The translations under genes were made by a program, and so were the position numbers. This document shows, one piece after another, positions 62,642 through 64,000 of a stretch of DNA of 64,000 bases (its first letter is position 1; every line of letters begins with the position of its first letter). The stretch spans positions 3,608,325 through 3,672,324 of the forward strand of contig OY760226.1 of the NCBI GenBank assembly GCA_963663395.1, given 5' to 3'. This DNA comes from Pseudomonadales bacterium (GTDB lineage: Bacteria > Pseudomonadota > Gammaproteobacteria > Pseudomonadales > Azotimanducaceae). The notes beneath the pieces were generated by a model, which was not told the origin of the DNA, searched no databases, and saw only the letters and a program-made list of their open reading frames with translations.

Positions 62642-63550
62642 GTGAGGCGACTCGAAGGCAAGGCGGCCGTCGTCACCGGCGGCGGCGGGCTGGTCGGCGG
62701 TGCATTCTCTCGCGCGCTGGCCGAGCATGGCGCCAGCGTACTGGTCTACGATATCGAGGCCGCAAGCGCCGAACAGGTCGCCGCCTCGATCGTCGCGGCG
62801 GGCGGAACCGCCGTTTCCCTGGCCGGATCGGTCGGGTCGTTTGCCGACGGCGAGCGCATCGTGGACGAATGCGTCGAGCGATTCGGGGCTATCGACTGTC
62901 TCGTCAACTGCGCGGGGCGGGCCGTGGCCCAGCCCCTCGTCGAGATTACCGAGCCAGACCTGATGGTGGCGTTTTCGAGCCACGTGATCGGCCATTTCGC
63001 CTGTGCCCGCCGCGCCGCCCAGCACATGAGCCGGCAAGGGCGCGGCAGCATCGTCAACGTGGTATCGCGGGCCATGGCCGGCTGGCGCGGACACTCCGCC
63101 TACGGGGCCGCCAAGGGTGCCATCCTGTCGGCTACCATCAACTGGGCGCTGGAGCTTGCCGCCGCCGGCATCCGTGTCAACGCCATCAGCCCCGCCGCCA
63201 GACGATATGAACCCGGCGAGGAACACAGCATGCGCATGCCATGGCGGCCCGAGCCTGGCCGGACCGTTGCCGAGATGCGCGCGCAAACACCGCCGCCGGA
63301 GAGCGTGGCGCCGTTGGCCGTCTACCTGGCCAGCGATGTATCCGACTGGGTATCGGGGCAGATCATTTTTCTGGGCGGTGACTCCCTGGCACTGGTTCGC
63401 CACCCCATGGAAGACCGCTTTGCCTTCCGCCCCGGGGGATGGGACGTCGAGAGCATCGAGCAGCACTTCCGCCACGCCTTCGAGACGGCGGTCGAATGGC
63501 CGAGCATGTCCCCGGGACCGTACCGCTGGTTCGACGGAATCGGCTCGTAG
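62642..63550 (+). CDS. SDR family oxidoreductase (with a ~60-aa C-terminal extension)
   Basis: Lies in ORF 62636..63550. GTG 62642 is 5 nt after AGGAGG. Motifs: KAAVVTGGGGLVGGAFSRALAEHG, NCAG and YGAAKGAILSATI. Confidence 0.88.
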   Translation: MRRLEGKAAVVTGGGGLVGGAFSRALAEHGASVLVYDIEAASAEQVAASIVAAGGTAVSLAGSVGSFADGERIVDECVERFGAIDCLVNCAGRAVAQPLVEITEPDLMVAFSSHVIGHFACARRAAQHMSRQGRGSIVNVVSRAMAGWRGHSAYGAAKGAILSATINWALELAAAGIRVNAISPAARRYEPGEEHSMRMPWRPEPGRTVAEMRAQTPPPESVAPLAVYLASDVSDWVSGQIIFLGGDSLALVRHPMEDRFAFRPGGWDVESIEQHFRHAFETAVEWPSMSPGPYRWFDGIGS

Positions 63551-63678
63551 CAGTCACGCAACACGCACCGGCACGCCCGCTGCGCAAGCAGGGAATGCGC
63601 CGGGCGATGTGCGGCCCATAGCAAAGCACCGCCCATTCAGATACCTTTTTGAAGCAACAACCGAACCGGGAGCACCGC

Positions 63679-64000
63679 ATGAACAAGCAGGAAATTCGTG
63701 AGCAGTGGCAACGCATCCAGCAGCACATTCAACAGTACAAAGAAGACCCGGTAGCGGCTCACGAACACAATCCCTACGGCAAGGTGGTGCCCGCGCTGAT
63801 GCTGACCGCCAGGGGGAGGCGCACCGGCAAGGACCGCTCGCTGCCCCTGATTTACAGGAAGGTGGGGAATTCCTTCGTCATCGTCGGCTCGAAAGCCGGA
63901 TTGGACGACCACCCTGCCTGGTACAAGAACCTGCTCGCCAATCCCGATTGCCACATCCAGGTGGCGACGGATCATCACGACGTGCGTGCGCGAACGACTT
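63679..64000 (+). CDS. deazaflavin-dependent nitroreductase (DDN/FDOR-A) family protein; 3' end outside the window
   Basis: My own translation from ATG 63679 is MNKQEIREQWQRIQQHIQQYKEDP...VPALMLTARGRRTGKDRSLPLIYRKVGNSFVIVGSKAGLDDHPAWYKNLLANPDCHIQV. GxxxHPAWYxNLxANP is the family hallmark. It is absent from the ORF track because it is truncated by the window end. Confidence 0.8.
   Translation, partial: MNKQEIREQWQRIQQHIQQYKEDPVAAHEHNPYGKVVPALMLTARGRRTGKDRSLPLIYRKVGNSFVIVGSKAGLDDHPAWYKNLLANPDCHIQVATDHHDVRARTT

Noticed and set aside
14538-64000. The catabolic island as a mobile genomic island or integrative element.
   Set aside because: I found no integrase, transposase, tRNA gene, conjugation gene or flanking direct repeats. 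The only foreign-looking piece is the small, lower-GC parD segment. 'Island' is used here in a functional sense only.

Overview
This is a GC-rich bacterial chromosomal window. GC3 bias is strong, so there are many long antisense or out-of-frame shadow ORFs, which I ignored. I recognised no rRNA, tRNA, CRISPR array, transposase, integrase or transcription factor.

Positions 1-14.5 kb hold mixed transport and housekeeping genes: an NSS-family Na+ symporter (partial), gamma-glutamyltransferase, an HsaA-like flavin monooxygenase component, DUF1330, aldehyde dehydrogenase, a SulP-STAS-cNMP anion transporter, a SnoaL-like protein, a Nu-class-like GST, a MATE efflux pump, a rhomboid protease and YbjQ.

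From about 14.5 kb to the window end lies a densely packed, roughly 50-kb catabolic island for a lipid, steroid-like or branched acyl-CoA substrate:
- 7 acyl-CoA dehydrogenases (three adjacent large/small pairs plus one single)
- 3 enoyl-CoA hydratases and a fused double-hotdog MaoC hydratase
- 2 acyl-CoA ligases
- 2 unusually long tandem-domain family III CoA-transferases, and an MmgE/PrpD protein
- 2 P450s and 2 Fe(II)/2OG dioxygenases
- 5 luciferase-like (LLM) oxidoreductases, plus PPOX-like and DDN-like flavin/deazaflavin proteins
- 4 intact SDRs, 2 alpha/beta hydrolases, a sulfotransferase and 2 MFS transporters
- a soluble molybdopterin oxidoreductase/Fe-S subunit pair

Most worth a second look:
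- the cytoplasmic Mo enzyme inside the beta-oxidation-like island
- the two fused CoA-transferases, whose N-terminal halves seem to lack the catalytic Asp
- the concentration of F420-associated families
- a sulfotransferase / small ORF / Tat-signal protein operon
- several gene remnants produced by internal deletion, including a decayed parDE insertion
- a ~200-bp hairpin repeat present twice (one copy with a nested insertion) and a 165-bp extended palindrome in a divergent promoter

All family calls rest on motifs read by eye from the translations. Start codons are often uncertain, and no database search or computation was possible.
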